Source of the DNA: Desulfonatronovibrionaceae bacterium | GTDB lineage: Bacteria; Desulfobacterota; Desulfovibrionia; Desulfovibrionales; Desulfonatronovibrionaceae | DNA: 46,194 nt | Direction of reading: 5' to 3' | Assembly (NCBI GenBank): GCA_046539845.1 | Contig: JBKHGE010000015.1 | Span: forward strand, 1 to 46,194 | Part shown: one piece after another, positions 28,579 to 38,297 of the stretch | Position numbering within the stretch: the stretch's first letter is position 1 | How the letters are laid out: each line of letters begins with the position of its first letter | Notes under the pieces: generated by a model | What the model was told of the DNA's origin: nothing | Database searches by the model: none | The model's input: the letters and a program-made list of their open reading frames with translations, nothing else | Position numbers and translations under genes: made by a program

Positions 28579-31161
28579 CTGCGGATATTGAAGCGACTCC
28601 GGCGCATTGTGACCGGGGAAAAATATAAGCCACCTCCTTTGGATGCACAGGAGCTGAGGCTCGAGTTTAGGTCCAGGTACCACTGGTTCCGCCGCCTGCT
28701 CCGGGCGAATCGGGCCGCTTTGGAGGATATGGCCCTTATCCAGGAGATCCTGCATTCCGAAAGGCCCGTGGGCATGGTCCGGGTACGTACCATCTGCGCC
28801 AGGGTCTCTCTCGAGGTGTGGAAGATAGTGGACAGCATGCGTCGGCTGGCCCCGGGGAAGTACCAGGATCTGGATACGCGTCTGGCCCGGATAAGGGCCG
28901 GGATTGAAATCTTGCTTCAGCCCGCGCACAGCCGGGGGGCGGGTCCGCTGGTCGTGGATTTGGGCCAGGTCGGGCTTAAGGACAGGCATCTTTTGGGCTC
29001 CAAATTGGCCATGCTCGGGGAGGTGAACAGCAAGCTCGGTCTGGACACCCCGCCCGGATTTGCGGTGACCAGTGCGGGGTTCTGGAGATTTATGCAAGAG
29101 AACGAGTTGGGAGAGGAGATAGAACGCCGCATTCGGGCTGCAGCTCCCTCCGGGCTTGACGACTGGCATGCCTTGAGCTCTGACCTGCAGGCTCTGATAA
29201 TGAACACTTCTTTGCCCTCGGATCTGGAGGAGGAGTTCAGGGCCGCGGCATCGCGCTATTTTCCGCCCCTGGCCGTGCGCTCCAGCGCCCTTTCCGAGGA
29301 CGACCCAGGGGCCTCTTTTGCCGGTCTGCACCGTTCGATTCTGAATGTGGGTACAAAGGATCTGATCCCGGCTTTTAAGGAGGTAGTGGCCAGTCTTTTC
29401 TCTCCCGCAGCAATGGCCTACCGTTTCCATATGGGCATCCCGGATCAGGATGCGGTCATGTGCACCGGATGTCTGGAGATGGTTCAGGCCAGGACCGGAG
29501 GGGTGCTCTACACCCGTGATCCTCTGGGACAAAACCCGGGTGCGGTACTCAACTCGGTCTGGGGACTGCCCAAACCAGTAGTTGAGGGGCGCTGCCGCGG
29601 GGATCTGTTCAAGTTTTCTGAAGACGGCCAAAAAGTCCTCGAGGCAGAGGCAGAGGGAAAAAACTGGGAGTATCTGGCCGTTGAAGGAGAAGGGGTGGCC
29701 AGAAATAGACTGGGCGCGAAAAAAAGGGCCGCTCTGTCCGTAAGTCGGGAGGAGGCCCTGGCCGTGGCTGAATGTGGCCGGAAAATGGAAGAGACCTTCG
29801 GGGGTCCTTTGGATGTGGAGTGGGTGATCACCCCACAGGAAAAGATTGTCGTCCTCCAGGTCCGTTTTCTGCATTCTGGGCACCGGCCGGGGAGAAAAGT
29901 CCTCCCCGGGGAGGAGAAAGATATTTTGGCCCGGGGCCAAACCGCCTCTTTCGGGGTCGGATCTGGGCCGGTCAGGGTTGTGCGCAAGGGTGCGGACATG
30001 CTCGACTTCCCTGAGGGCTCCGTTTTGGTGACCACTACTGCCTTGCCCAGGCTGGCGAGCCTGCTCGGCAGGGCCGCAGGGGTGGTGGCCGAGACCGGCA
30101 GCCTGGCCGGGCATCTGGCCACTATATGCCGAGAGTATGAGGTCCCGGCAGTCTTCGGCGTGCCCCGGGCGGCAGAGATTTTCTCCGACGGGCAGGAAGT
30201 CACGGTCAATGCGGATACCGGTACGGTTCTGGACGGGGGGCAAGAAATTGATCCGGCCGAGCCGGGAAAAGCAGTGGCCAAGAGAGCAAACACCCCTGTG
30301 CACAAAGTCCTGCAGGAGGCGGCCGCATTGATCACCCCGCTGTATCTGACCGATCCCGGTTCCCCCCATTTCCGGGCCCGTAATGTGCACACCTATCACG
30401 ATATCACTAGGTTCTGCCATGAAAAGGCCATCCAGGAGATGTTTAGTTTCGGCAGGGAACATGATTTTCCGGAGCGCTCAAGCAAGCAGTTGGTCTATAA
30501 CAATACCCGGACAAGGTGGTGGGTTTTGAATCTGGATGACGGATTTAAAACCGAAGTCCGAAGCAGCCGGGTCAGGCTGGAGGATATTGCCTGCACTCCC
30601 ATGTTGGCCATTTGGGAAGGGGTGGTCGCCCTGCCCTGGGAAGGTCCGCCCCCGGTCAACGCCGGGGGGCTTTTGTCTGTTTTCTTCCGCTCCACGCAGC
30701 AGAGTAGCCTGGATCCAGGGTCCAGGTCGGCGTACACGGAAAGGAATTATTTCATGATCTCCAGGGATTATTGTAGCCTGAGCTCCCGGCTGGGGTACCA
30801 CCTCTCCAGTATAGAGAGTCTGATTACTGGGAGGCCGGGAGAGAATTACGCGCTTTTCCGTTTTCAAGGCGGGGCGGCTGACGACGAACGAAGAAGCAGG
30901 CGGGTGGATCTGATATCCGGCCTACTGGAAGACCACGGGTTTGTCTGTGAGACAAGGGCGGACAATCTGCACGCCAGCATCCAGGGGCTTCCGGATGCGG
31001 ATATGCTGCGGGCCCTGAAGCTCCTCGGGTTTTTGAATATCCACACCAGGCAAATTGATATGGCCCTTACCGGCCGGGCCGAAGCCGAGCATTACTCCCG
31101 CAAGTTGCGCCACAAGATGGATCAGGCGCTGCGCCCGGCCCCCCGGGAAAAACCCGGATAG
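28579..31161 (+). CDS. PEP-synthase/PPDK-like protein (ATP-grasp domain plus phosphohistidine swivel, atypical C-terminus)
   Basis: PPGFAVT, AVRSSA..ED..ASFAG, DVEW, LQVR; swivel GSLAGHLATICREYEVPA. Start uncertain (CTG 28579 or TTG 28588 after AAGGGGG). Confidence 0.87.
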   Translation: MRILKRLRRIVTGEKYKPPPLDAQELRLEFRSRYHWFRRLLRANRAALEDMALIQEILHSERPVGMVRVRTICARVSLEVWKIVDSMRRLAPGKYQDLDTRLARIRAGIEILLQPAHSRGAGPLVVDLGQVGLKDRHLLGSKLAMLGEVNSKLGLDTPPGFAVTSAGFWRFMQENELGEEIERRIRAAAPSGLDDWHALSSDLQALIMNTSLPSDLEEEFRAAASRYFPPLAVRSSALSEDDPGASFAGLHRSILNVGTKDLIPAFKEVVASLFSPAAMAYRFHMGIPDQDAVMCTGCLEMVQARTGGVLYTRDPLGQNPGAVLNSVWGLPKPVVEGRCRGDLFKFSEDGQKVLEAEAEGKNWEYLAVEGEGVARNRLGAKKRAALSVSREEALAVAECGRKMEETFGGPLDVEWVITPQEKIVVLQVRFLHSGHRPGRKVLPGEEKDILARGQTASFGVGSGPVRVVRKGADMLDFPEGSVLVTTTALPRLASLLGRAAGVVAETGSLAGHLATICREYEVPAVFGVPRAAEIFSDGQEVTVNADTGTVLDGGQEIDPAEPGKAVAKRANTPVHKVLQEAAALITPLYLTDPGSPHFRARNVHTYHDITRFCHEKAIQEMFSFGREHDFPERSSKQLVYNNTRTRWWVLNLDDGFKTEVRSSRVRLEDIACTPMLAIWEGVVALPWEGPPPVNAGGLLSVFFRSTQQSSLDPGSRSAYTERNYFMISRDYCSLSSRLGYHLSSIESLITGRPGENYALFRFQGGAADDERRSRRVDLISGLLEDHGFVCETRADNLHASIQGLPDADMLRALKLLGFLNIHTRQIDMALTGRAEAEHYSRKLRHKMDQALRPAPREKPG

Positions 31162-31279
31162 CCGTCCTGTTGCAGGGGCTTTGTATTCGGTCGCGTGAAC
31201 CGGATATAGCAGCCCGCCCTTTAATTTCCCCCAAGCGGCGGAGCAACTGGCTGGCAAAAATGGTATCCGTAAAAAGGGA

Positions 31280-32095
31280 TCAAATGCCGGGCAGGCCGAG
31301 GATGCTCATCCCGTAACTGTCAGCCAGTTGCTTGCTTTTTTCCGGTTGAAAAAAAATGCAGGTCCGGGCACAGAATGCCAGGCAGGACAGCCCGGCGGTA
31401 TGCATGGTTTCTATGGTCTGCGGACCCAAGGCCGGCTGGTCGAAGCGCAGGTCCTGTCCCGGCTTGGCCCCTTTTATGATTGTCCCCCCGCGTTTGTGCA
31501 AAAGCTCCCCCGCCCGGAGAATGGCCGCGTTGGTCCCCTCCACCGCCTCTACAGCCACGATCATCTGTTCGTAAACCACGATGCTCTGCCCGATATCCAG
31601 ACTGCCGATCGAGCCCAGCACTTCCCGACCGTACTGGATGTCCTTTTTTTCCGGTCTGGCCGGGGCCCTGGAAGTGAGCTGGCCTTCAGGCACCCTGAGT
31701 TCAGGGACTATTTCCAGGCAGGAGCCGATTTTGATCCCTTCTTTTTCCAGCTCCCCGGCCACGGCCCGGAGAAGGGAGTCGTCCCCCTTTTTGTCCATGC
31801 CCCACAAGAGCTTGGCCGCCCGGAAGTCCGGCCGTATATCCAGGGCCCTGGGCTTGTCTATGCTCCCGGCCAGAACTGCCTCTTGAACATTGTTTTGCTG
31901 CAAAAAGCGGATCAGCCCGGATAGCTGGCCGAGTTTGAGCCAGACAAACTCAGAGCAGTTTCGGGCCAATTCCGGGTCTGTATTCGAGGCGAATCCGACT
32001 GCAGCCACCCGCCTGCCTGACTGGCGGGCTTTTTCGGCGATCAGGAGCGGGAGCCGCCCGCCTCCGGCAATCAATCCGATCGTGCCTTCACTCAT
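31280..32095 (-). CDS. lpxI: UDP-2,3-diacylglucosamine pyrophosphatase LpxI
   Basis: IGLIAGGGRLP, LDIGQ, AVEAVEGT, KPGQDLRFD; follows lpxA. Confidence 0.92.
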   Translation of the reverse strand: MSEGTIGLIAGGGRLPLLIAEKARQSGRRVAAVGFASNTDPELARNCSEFVWLKLGQLSGLIRFLQQNNVQEAVLAGSIDKPRALDIRPDFRAAKLLWGMDKKGDDSLLRAVAGELEKEGIKIGSCLEIVPELRVPEGQLTSRAPARPEKKDIQYGREVLGSIGSLDIGQSIVVYEQMIVAVEAVEGTNAAILRAGELLHKRGGTIIKGAKPGQDLRFDQPALGPQTIETMHTAGLSCLAFCARTCIFFQPEKSKQLADSYGMSILGLPGI

Positions 32096-32894
32096 TCTTC
32101 CCCGGCTCCGGGGTTACCGTGCCCCGGGTGCTCTGGTCCAGAAACTCGAGCAGCTTGGTGACGCACTTGCTTTTGCTGAGTTCATCCGCGGCAAAGATCT
32201 TTTCTACGGCCTCTTCCCGGGTCAGAGAGGAATACCAGATGAGGCGAAGGGCCTTTTTCAAGGCGGATATTTCCTCCTTGGGTAGCTTGTGCCGCCGCAG
32301 TCCGACCAGGTTCAGTCCCTCCAGCTTGGCCCTTTCCCCGGCCACCAGGGTATACGGGGGGACATCCTGGGCCGCACCTGTTTTGCCCCCGACAAAGGCC
32401 ATATCCCCGATGCGCACGAATTGATGCACCGCAGACAGCCCTCCGATAATGGCGTGATTCCCGATTTGAACGTGTCCGGCCAGGGTGGCGCAGTTGGCCA
32501 TGATCACCTTGTCCCCCAGCCGGCAGTCATGGGCCACATGGGAGTAAGCCATAAGCAGGCAGCCGTCTCCGATCCGGGTTATACCCCCCCCTTCCCCGGT
32601 CCCCCGGTTCAAAGTGCAGTACTCGCGGATATTATTCTCGTCCCCTATTTCCAGCCGGGATTTTTCACCTTGAAATTTGAGGTCCTGGGGTATCTCGCCC
32701 AGGCAGGCATAGGAAAACACGTGATTGTTCCTACCCAGGTCTGTATAGGGCTTGATCTGGGCGAATGCGTCTATGCGGCAGCCGTCTCCTATCCGGGTCT
32801 GTTCATGGATGATGGTGTACGGGCCGAGGCAGACGTCCTCTCCCAGTTCGGCCGAGGGGTGGAGGATAGCGGTAGAGTGGATTTGGGTGCTCAT
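32088..32894 (-). CDS. lpxA: UDP-GlcNAc O-acyltransferase
   Basis: PQDLKF, IREY, HVAHDC, VHQF and hexapeptide repeats. Confidence 0.97.
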   Translation of the reverse strand: MSTQIHSTAILHPSAELGEDVCLGPYTIIHEQTRIGDGCRIDAFAQIKPYTDLGRNNHVFSYACLGEIPQDLKFQGEKSRLEIGDENNIREYCTLNRGTGEGGGITRIGDGCLLMAYSHVAHDCRLGDKVIMANCATLAGHVQIGNHAIIGGLSAVHQFVRIGDMAFVGGKTGAAQDVPPYTLVAGERAKLEGLNLVGLRRHKLPKEEISALKKALRLIWYSSLTREEAVEKIFAADELSKSKCVTKLLEFLDQSTRGTVTPEPGKNE

Positions 32895-32897
32895 GGG

Positions 32898-33359
32898 CTA
32901 GTCCTCGCGGTTCACAATGGCGGCGCTTAGGATCCCCTGAGCCACGGTGCTCTCCCCGACCCGGGCCTCGCCGCGCATCTTCCACAGATTGAGCTTGTGC
33001 CTTTCATAGTAAACATAGAGGAACATCTGATCCCCGGGATAGACCGATCTGCGGAAACGGACTTTTTCCATGCCGGTGAAAAGGAACATCTTCTGGCTCA
33101 TTTCCTCCGGGATGCTTTTGCCCACCAGAAGTCCGCCGGCCTGGGCCATGGATTCCAGGATGAGCACCCCGGGCATTACCGGATAGGAGGGGAAATGCCC
33201 CTGGAAAAAGGGTTCATTTATGGTCACCCCCTTGACCGCCTTGATATACTCAAAGGCCTTGAATTCCAGGACCCTGTCCACGAGCAAAAAAGGGTATCTG
33301 TGCGGCAAAAGATCCAGGATCTGCCTGCTGACTATCTCGCTCTGCTCCGGTTTGTGCAT
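32898..33359 (-). CDS. fabZ: 3-hydroxyacyl-ACP dehydratase
   Basis: LPHRYPFLLVD, FQGHFP, MPGVLILESMAQ. Confidence 0.98.
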   Translation of the reverse strand: MHKPEQSEIVSRQILDLLPHRYPFLLVDRVLEFKAFEYIKAVKGVTINEPFFQGHFPSYPVMPGVLILESMAQAGGLLVGKSIPEEMSQKMFLFTGMEKVRFRRSVYPGDQMFLYVYYERHKLNLWKMRGEARVGESTVAQGILSAAIVNRED

Positions 33360-33360
33360 T

Positions 33361-34389
33361 TCATTTGTCTCCGTATATACGCTGCTTTAAATCGTCCAGT
33401 TCCTTTTGCATCCTTTTCATCTCCCGCAGCATTTGCGGCAGTCTATTCAAAGCCACTGAGTTCTTTAAGAAGCGACTGTGCTCCACCGCCGGGATCCCCC
33501 CCATATCAGTTTCCGGGGGCACGGACTTACCTATTCCGGACTTGGCTGCCACCCGGCACTTGTCCCCAATGGTCAGGTGCCCAGCTATACCCACCTGTCC
33601 GGCCAGGACAACTCCGTTGCCTATGCGGGTACTCCCGGCTATGCCCACCTGGGAGACTATTATGCAGTTTTCCCCTATGTGTACATTGTGTCCGACCTGG
33701 ACCAGATTGTCGATCTTGGTCCCCCGGCCGATCACGGTCTCCCCCAAAGCGGCCCGGTCTATGCTGGTATTGGCACCGATCTCCACGTTATCTTCAATGC
33801 GCACCCGGCCAACCTGCGGGAACTTCTCCATCCCGCCCATATCCTGGGCGAATCCGAATCCGTCGCTGCCGATGACCACACCGGCGTGAACAACCACGTT
33901 ATTTTTGAGCACAGTGCCGGCCATAATGCTTGCCCCGGGGTATATGGTGCAGTCCTCCCCTATAGAGCAGTTCTCCCCGATATACACTGAGGCAAAGACA
34001 GTGCTCCCGGCGCCTATGTGCGATCCCTCTCCAATACAGGCAAATGGATAAACAGTGGCTTGCTTGTCTACGCTGGCCCGGGGATGGATGAACGCCTTTT
34101 CGCTGTGTCCGGACAAAAAGCCTTGGGGCCGGGCGAAGATCTGGACCGCTCGGGCAAAGTCCAAGTAAGGCTGGGAGCTCAAAAGAAAGCTTTTGTCCTC
34201 CCGGGCGTGGTCCGGAGCGGCAATTACCGCCCCGGCCCGGGTGTGCTCCAGCTGGCTCTGGTATTTGGGATTGGCCAGAAAAGAGAGTTCATCCGGGCCG
34301 GCATCCTCGAGAGTACCCACCCCATTTATTTCCACATCCGGGCCGGTCATCTCCAGATCCAGCCTGGAGGCCAGGGCGGATAAAAGCAT
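33361..34389 (-). CDS. lpxD: UDP-3-O-acylglucosamine N-acyltransferase
   Basis: FLANPKY, GSDGFGFA, KIDNLVQVGHN. Confidence 0.97.
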   Translation of the reverse strand: MLLSALASRLDLEMTGPDVEINGVGTLEDAGPDELSFLANPKYQSQLEHTRAGAVIAAPDHAREDKSFLLSSQPYLDFARAVQIFARPQGFLSGHSEKAFIHPRASVDKQATVYPFACIGEGSHIGAGSTVFASVYIGENCSIGEDCTIYPGASIMAGTVLKNNVVVHAGVVIGSDGFGFAQDMGGMEKFPQVGRVRIEDNVEIGANTSIDRAALGETVIGRGTKIDNLVQVGHNVHIGENCIIVSQVGIAGSTRIGNGVVLAGQVGIAGHLTIGDKCRVAAKSGIGKSVPPETDMGGIPAVEHSRFLKNSVALNRLPQMLREMKRMQKELDDLKQRIYGDK

Positions 34390-34916
34390 TAGTCTTCATC
34401 CTCTCTTTGGGCCCGCCAGGCCTTGTCCAGCTCATCGATGACCACGTCGGTGATATCCAGGGAATCCTTGGCGTACAAAAGCCCGCTGTTCTGGGAATCA
34501 ATGATAAGGGTATAGTCTTTCTTTTCCCCGTAATCACTGACTATTTCCTGCAATAGCTCCAGGATGGGCTCGCTAAGCTGTCTCTGTTCGTTTTGTATCC
34601 TTTGTTCATAGCCCCGGGCTTCCTTTCTGATCTCCTGGATCTTTTTCTTGAGTTCGGCTTCTTTGTCTTCTTGGGCCTCCTGGCTGAGGACCATTTTCTG
34701 TTTCTCCATCTCCTCGCGCAAAGTCTCGATCTCTTCCTTTTTGGTGTCCAGCTTTTCCTTCACGGCCTGGTATTTGCCCTGCAGCTCGGACATGGCCTCC
34801 TCGGCAGGCTCAGAGGAGGTCATCACTTTTTCCAGATTGATAACCCCGATTTTTTCGGCCAGCCCAGGGGAAGCGGCAAATGTAAGGATCAGGGTCGCTA
34901 GCAGTATCTTTTTCAT
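34389..34916 (-). CDS. skp: Periplasmic chaperone Skp/OmpH
   Basis: Signal peptide, KIGVINL, coiled coil, LLYA..DITD; lies between bamA and lpxD. Confidence 0.92.
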   Translation of the reverse strand: MKKILLATLILTFAASPGLAEKIGVINLEKVMTSSEPAEEAMSELQGKYQAVKEKLDTKKEEIETLREEMEKQKMVLSQEAQEDKEAELKKKIQEIRKEARGYEQRIQNEQRQLSEPILELLQEIVSDYGEKKDYTLIIDSQNSGLLYAKDSLDITDVVIDELDKAWRAQREDED

Positions 34917-34939
34917 GGATCGACTCCTTAAATTGGTTG

Positions 34940-37627
34940 TTAAAATGTTTGACCAACGCTGAACTCAAATTTTCTGGGCTTGTCCCCGTCCAGCTCGTCC
35001 AGGGCAATCCCGTATTCCATACGCAGCGGGCCGAGCGGGGAGTACCAGCGTATTCCGGCCCCCACGCTTTTGTACAGGTCCAGATCCGGGTTTTCGTCGT
35101 CGTCCCAGGTATTCCCGGCGTCAAAGAAGAGTACTCCCAGGATTCCCATATCCTGATTCAAAGGGAAGATGTATTCGAAATTGGTGAAAAACTCCTTGGA
35201 GCCTCCCTTGTAGTCGCCATTGTCGTACTTGGGCGCGATCTCGTCTCCGGGATAGCCGCGTACGCTGTTCATCCCGCCCAGATAAAAGCGTTCAAAAGAC
35301 GGGATCTCTTTATCTGCATTTTTGAACAGATAACCGAGCTTGGCATGCCAGTGGAATACGGTCTCCCAGAAAAGGGGCCGGTAATAGCTCGTATCATACA
35401 GAGTCTTTATGAAATTGTCATCTCCGCCGAGTAATCCCCCGGAGTATTCCAGAGACAGGGTGTTTTTGGTCCCTTTGCTCGGGTTTATCCGTCTGTTGGT
35501 AGTATCCCGGGACACGGAAGTGTAAGCGGAGCTCGCCCAATTGTCCCCTTCCATGTCCTTGATATCCTTGTCCGCGTCATCGTCCACATCCGAAATGGTA
35601 TATTTCTCTAGCTTGTAATTCCAGTAAACCTTGGTGTATTCGCCGAGCGGATAGGAAAACCTGGCCCGGCTGCCTATGGATTCCTTGTCGTATTCAAAGT
35701 ATTCCCTGTTTTTCCAGTAGGCGTCTCCTCCTACTCCCAGCTTGGTGTCGTACAGGCGGGGGTTCCAGAAGTGGGCGTCGTAGTTGGTGTTCCTGCTGCT
35801 AAAGGTCCCTTTCAGGCCGACATTGTATCCCTTGCCGAACAGGTTGCGTTCTTGGATCTGGGCGGTGAAAAAGATCTTGTCCAGAGAGGAGTATCCCGCG
35901 CCGGCAGAGAGCATCCCGGTGGATTTCTCATCCACCTTGACCTTGAGGTCCAATTCGCTTTCATCTTCTGCAGGCACTGTTTCAATATCAACGCTGTCAA
36001 AGAAATCCAGCTTCTCCAGGCGAACATTGGAGCGGTTTATTTTTTTGCCGTCATAGAGCTCCCCGTCGGTCAGGCGCATCTCCCGCAGGATTACGTTGTT
36101 CCGGGTCTTGGTGTTCCCTTCGACCATCACCCTGCGGATGTAGACCCGCGGCCCCTTGGACAGGTTGTAAGTGACGTTTATTTCCTTGTCCTCCTGGTCC
36201 TTGGAAGTCTCAACATCCGCTTCCGCGTAAGCATACCCGTAGTTGGAGTAATAGTCGCTCAATCCCTGCAGGTCGTCGCGCATGACCGATTGGTCGAAGT
36301 AGTCTTGGGCCTCGGCCAACTCATCCAGTTTGGTCCTTTTAAAGAGTTCCTCCCGGGAAAATATGAGTTCCCCGCTGAAATCCACTTCTCCGACCCGGTA
36401 TCTGTCTCCTTCCACCACGTTAAAGGTGATATAGATCCCGTCTTCCTTGAACTCCACATCCGGCTGCCCCACCCGGGCGTCCACAAACCCCCGGTTGGCG
36501 TAGTAGGCCTCGATAAAGGCCGCGTCCCGCTCCAGAAAGTCCTGCTTCAAGACACCTCTGCCGGTGATCCAGGAGAATATTCCCCGCTCGGTAAGGGCCA
36601 GTTCGCTTTTGATATCGTCCTCATCCAGCTCTTGCACCCCTTTAATCCGGACTTCCTCTATATACAGTTTTTCCCCTTCCTGGATGTTTATGTTCAGTCT
36701 GGCCCGGCCGCTGTCGTCCCCTTCCAGTTCATAGTCCACCTGGGCATTATAGTAGCCGTCCTGGTGATACAGCTCCCGGATCTTGCCCAGGTCCTCCCCT
36801 ATTATCTTCGTGTTCAAGACCGATCCGGTTTTGGTGCTCATGGCCTCCAGGATGTCGTCGTTGTCTTTTTCCTCGGCCCCGTGCACGCTTATGGCCTCGA
36901 TAATGGGCTTTTCCTCGACATTGATTATGATCTTTTTGCCCTCTTTGGTATCCCGGGCACTAAACTGAATGTCTTCAAAGTATCCCAGCTCGTACAGCCT
37001 TTTTAGCTCCTTGTTCAGCTCCTTGGGGTCGTAGAGATCGCCCTTGCGGATCTTGAGCCGCATAAGGACCACATCCTTGTCCAGGGTCTTGTTCCCTTTG
37101 ACCTCTATCTCGGCTATACGCTCCTTTTGCATCAGCTCCTGTTTGATCTGCTCGGTGAGTTCCTGCACTGCAGGGAGGATATTCACCGTGCCTTCCTTGA
37201 CCACATACAGTGACTTGGGGACCTTCAGGCCAGAGGCCTCCACCAAGCGGGCGTCAATGCTGATCGTCTCGCCTACCTTGCTCAGGCTCCCGTATACTGC
37301 GTATTTGGCCCCGGAAAGCTGGGCCAGGTCTTTGGTGGTACCCAGGTCGAGGGTCTCTATCCCCTGGGACTGAATCAAATCCTGGGTCTGCTCCTCGGAC
37401 ACGGTCTCAAACCCGTCCCGGCTAAGCTCCTCGCGCAGGAGGTTGGGCAGGGAGGTGTGCAGGTATTCCAGTTCCTGTTCGGCGTTGATCTCAAAGGGGA
37501 GGACAAGCATTTTGACCCCGGCCCCGTTTTGTTCTGCGGCCGCCAGACACGGCTGCGTCTGCACTACGGCCAGAAGGGCAAAAAACAGAGAGATCCCCGC
37601 GGATGCGAGTATATTAGTCAAGCGCAT
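34940..37627 (-). CDS. bamA: Outer membrane protein assembly factor BamA with extra N-terminal domain
   Basis: POTRA repeats (GNKT.., LGYF), ERNLFGKG, SVRGY, SPLGPL, C-terminal F; ATG 37627 has a GGAG RBS. Confidence 0.96.
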   Translation of the reverse strand: MRLTNILASAGISLFFALLAVVQTQPCLAAAEQNGAGVKMLVLPFEINAEQELEYLHTSLPNLLREELSRDGFETVSEEQTQDLIQSQGIETLDLGTTKDLAQLSGAKYAVYGSLSKVGETISIDARLVEASGLKVPKSLYVVKEGTVNILPAVQELTEQIKQELMQKERIAEIEVKGNKTLDKDVVLMRLKIRKGDLYDPKELNKELKRLYELGYFEDIQFSARDTKEGKKIIINVEEKPIIEAISVHGAEEKDNDDILEAMSTKTGSVLNTKIIGEDLGKIRELYHQDGYYNAQVDYELEGDDSGRARLNINIQEGEKLYIEEVRIKGVQELDEDDIKSELALTERGIFSWITGRGVLKQDFLERDAAFIEAYYANRGFVDARVGQPDVEFKEDGIYITFNVVEGDRYRVGEVDFSGELIFSREELFKRTKLDELAEAQDYFDQSVMRDDLQGLSDYYSNYGYAYAEADVETSKDQEDKEINVTYNLSKGPRVYIRRVMVEGNTKTRNNVILREMRLTDGELYDGKKINRSNVRLEKLDFFDSVDIETVPAEDESELDLKVKVDEKSTGMLSAGAGYSSLDKIFFTAQIQERNLFGKGYNVGLKGTFSSRNTNYDAHFWNPRLYDTKLGVGGDAYWKNREYFEYDKESIGSRARFSYPLGEYTKVYWNYKLEKYTISDVDDDADKDIKDMEGDNWASSAYTSVSRDTTNRRINPSKGTKNTLSLEYSGGLLGGDDNFIKTLYDTSYYRPLFWETVFHWHAKLGYLFKNADKEIPSFERFYLGGMNSVRGYPGDEIAPKYDNGDYKGGSKEFFTNFEYIFPLNQDMGILGVLFFDAGNTWDDDENPDLDLYKSVGAGIRWYSPLGPLRMEYGIALDELDGDKPRKFEFSVGQTF

Positions 37628-38297
37628 GGAGTTCTCCAGAGTGCATTTCATACCTGGTTTGCATGGCTGCAGCCAGTTCGCGGTTGTGCGTGGCCAGCAC
37701 CAGTGTGGTTCCCAGATTTTGGTTTAGTTGCAGTAAAAGGTCCTTAATGCTATTTCCGGTCTTTTCGTCCAAGTCGCCGGTGGGTTCATCAGCCAGGACA
37801 ACCCTGGGCTGCATCAACACGGCCCTGGCTATGGCCACCCGCTGCCTTTCCCCTCCGGAAAGGGTGTTGACCGACTGTCGGCCGCGGTGTTCCAGGCCGA
37901 CTTTCTGCAGGGCCTCTTGGGCCAGGTCTTTGGCCTTCTTCATGCCTGTGCCGGCTATTATCGCCGGCATGGCAGCGTTCTCCAGGGCGTTGAATTCGGC
38001 CAGGAGGTGATGGAACTGAAAAACGAACCCGATTTCCCTGCTGCGGAACGCGGCCAGCTCATCCGGTCCCATCCGGTTCATATCCCGGCCGGCGAAGAGG
38101 ATCTTGCCCCATGAGGGCTTGTCCAGCCCGCCCATTATGTGCAAAAGGGTGCTCTTGCCCGAACCCGAGGCCCCAAGGACAGCCATTGTCTCCCCGGGAC
38201 GTACCCGGATATCAATTCTGTTCAGGATTGTCAGGTCCTGAATTTCGGAGACAAATCTGCGGCCCATGCCTTCCAGAGAGTAGACTGGATCATTCAT
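37614..38297 (-). CDS. lolD: Lipoprotein-releasing ABC transporter ATPase
   Basis: GASGSGKS, GFVFQFHHLL (LolD motif), LSGGE, ADEPTG. Confidence 0.95.
   Translation of the reverse strand: MNDPVYSLEGMGRRFVSEIQDLTILNRIDIRVRPGETMAVLGASGSGKSTLLHIMGGLDKPSWGKILFAGRDMNRMGPDELAAFRSREIGFVFQFHHLLAEFNALENAAMPAIIAGTGMKKAKDLAQEALQKVGLEHRGRQSVNTLSGGERQRVAIARAVLMQPRVVLADEPTGDLDEKTGNSIKDLLLQLNQNLGTTLVLATHNRELAAAMQTRYEMHSGELHALD

Noticed and set aside
28546..30462. 638-aa antisense ORF opposite the dikinase-like gene
   Set aside because: Shadow ORF from GC-rich codon bias; no motifs, and it overlaps a well-supported gene.
28579..31161. Annotation as canonical ppsA or as a rifampin phosphotransferase
   Set aside because: It lacks the PpsA C-terminal barrel, and the His swivel is central rather than C-terminal as in Rph.
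31162..31279. Terminator between the convergent dikinase-like gene and lpxI
   Set aside because: Only short, imperfect stems without a clear U-tract.
35771..37006. 411-aa + strand ORF within bamA
   Set aside because: Antisense shadow with no recognisable domain.
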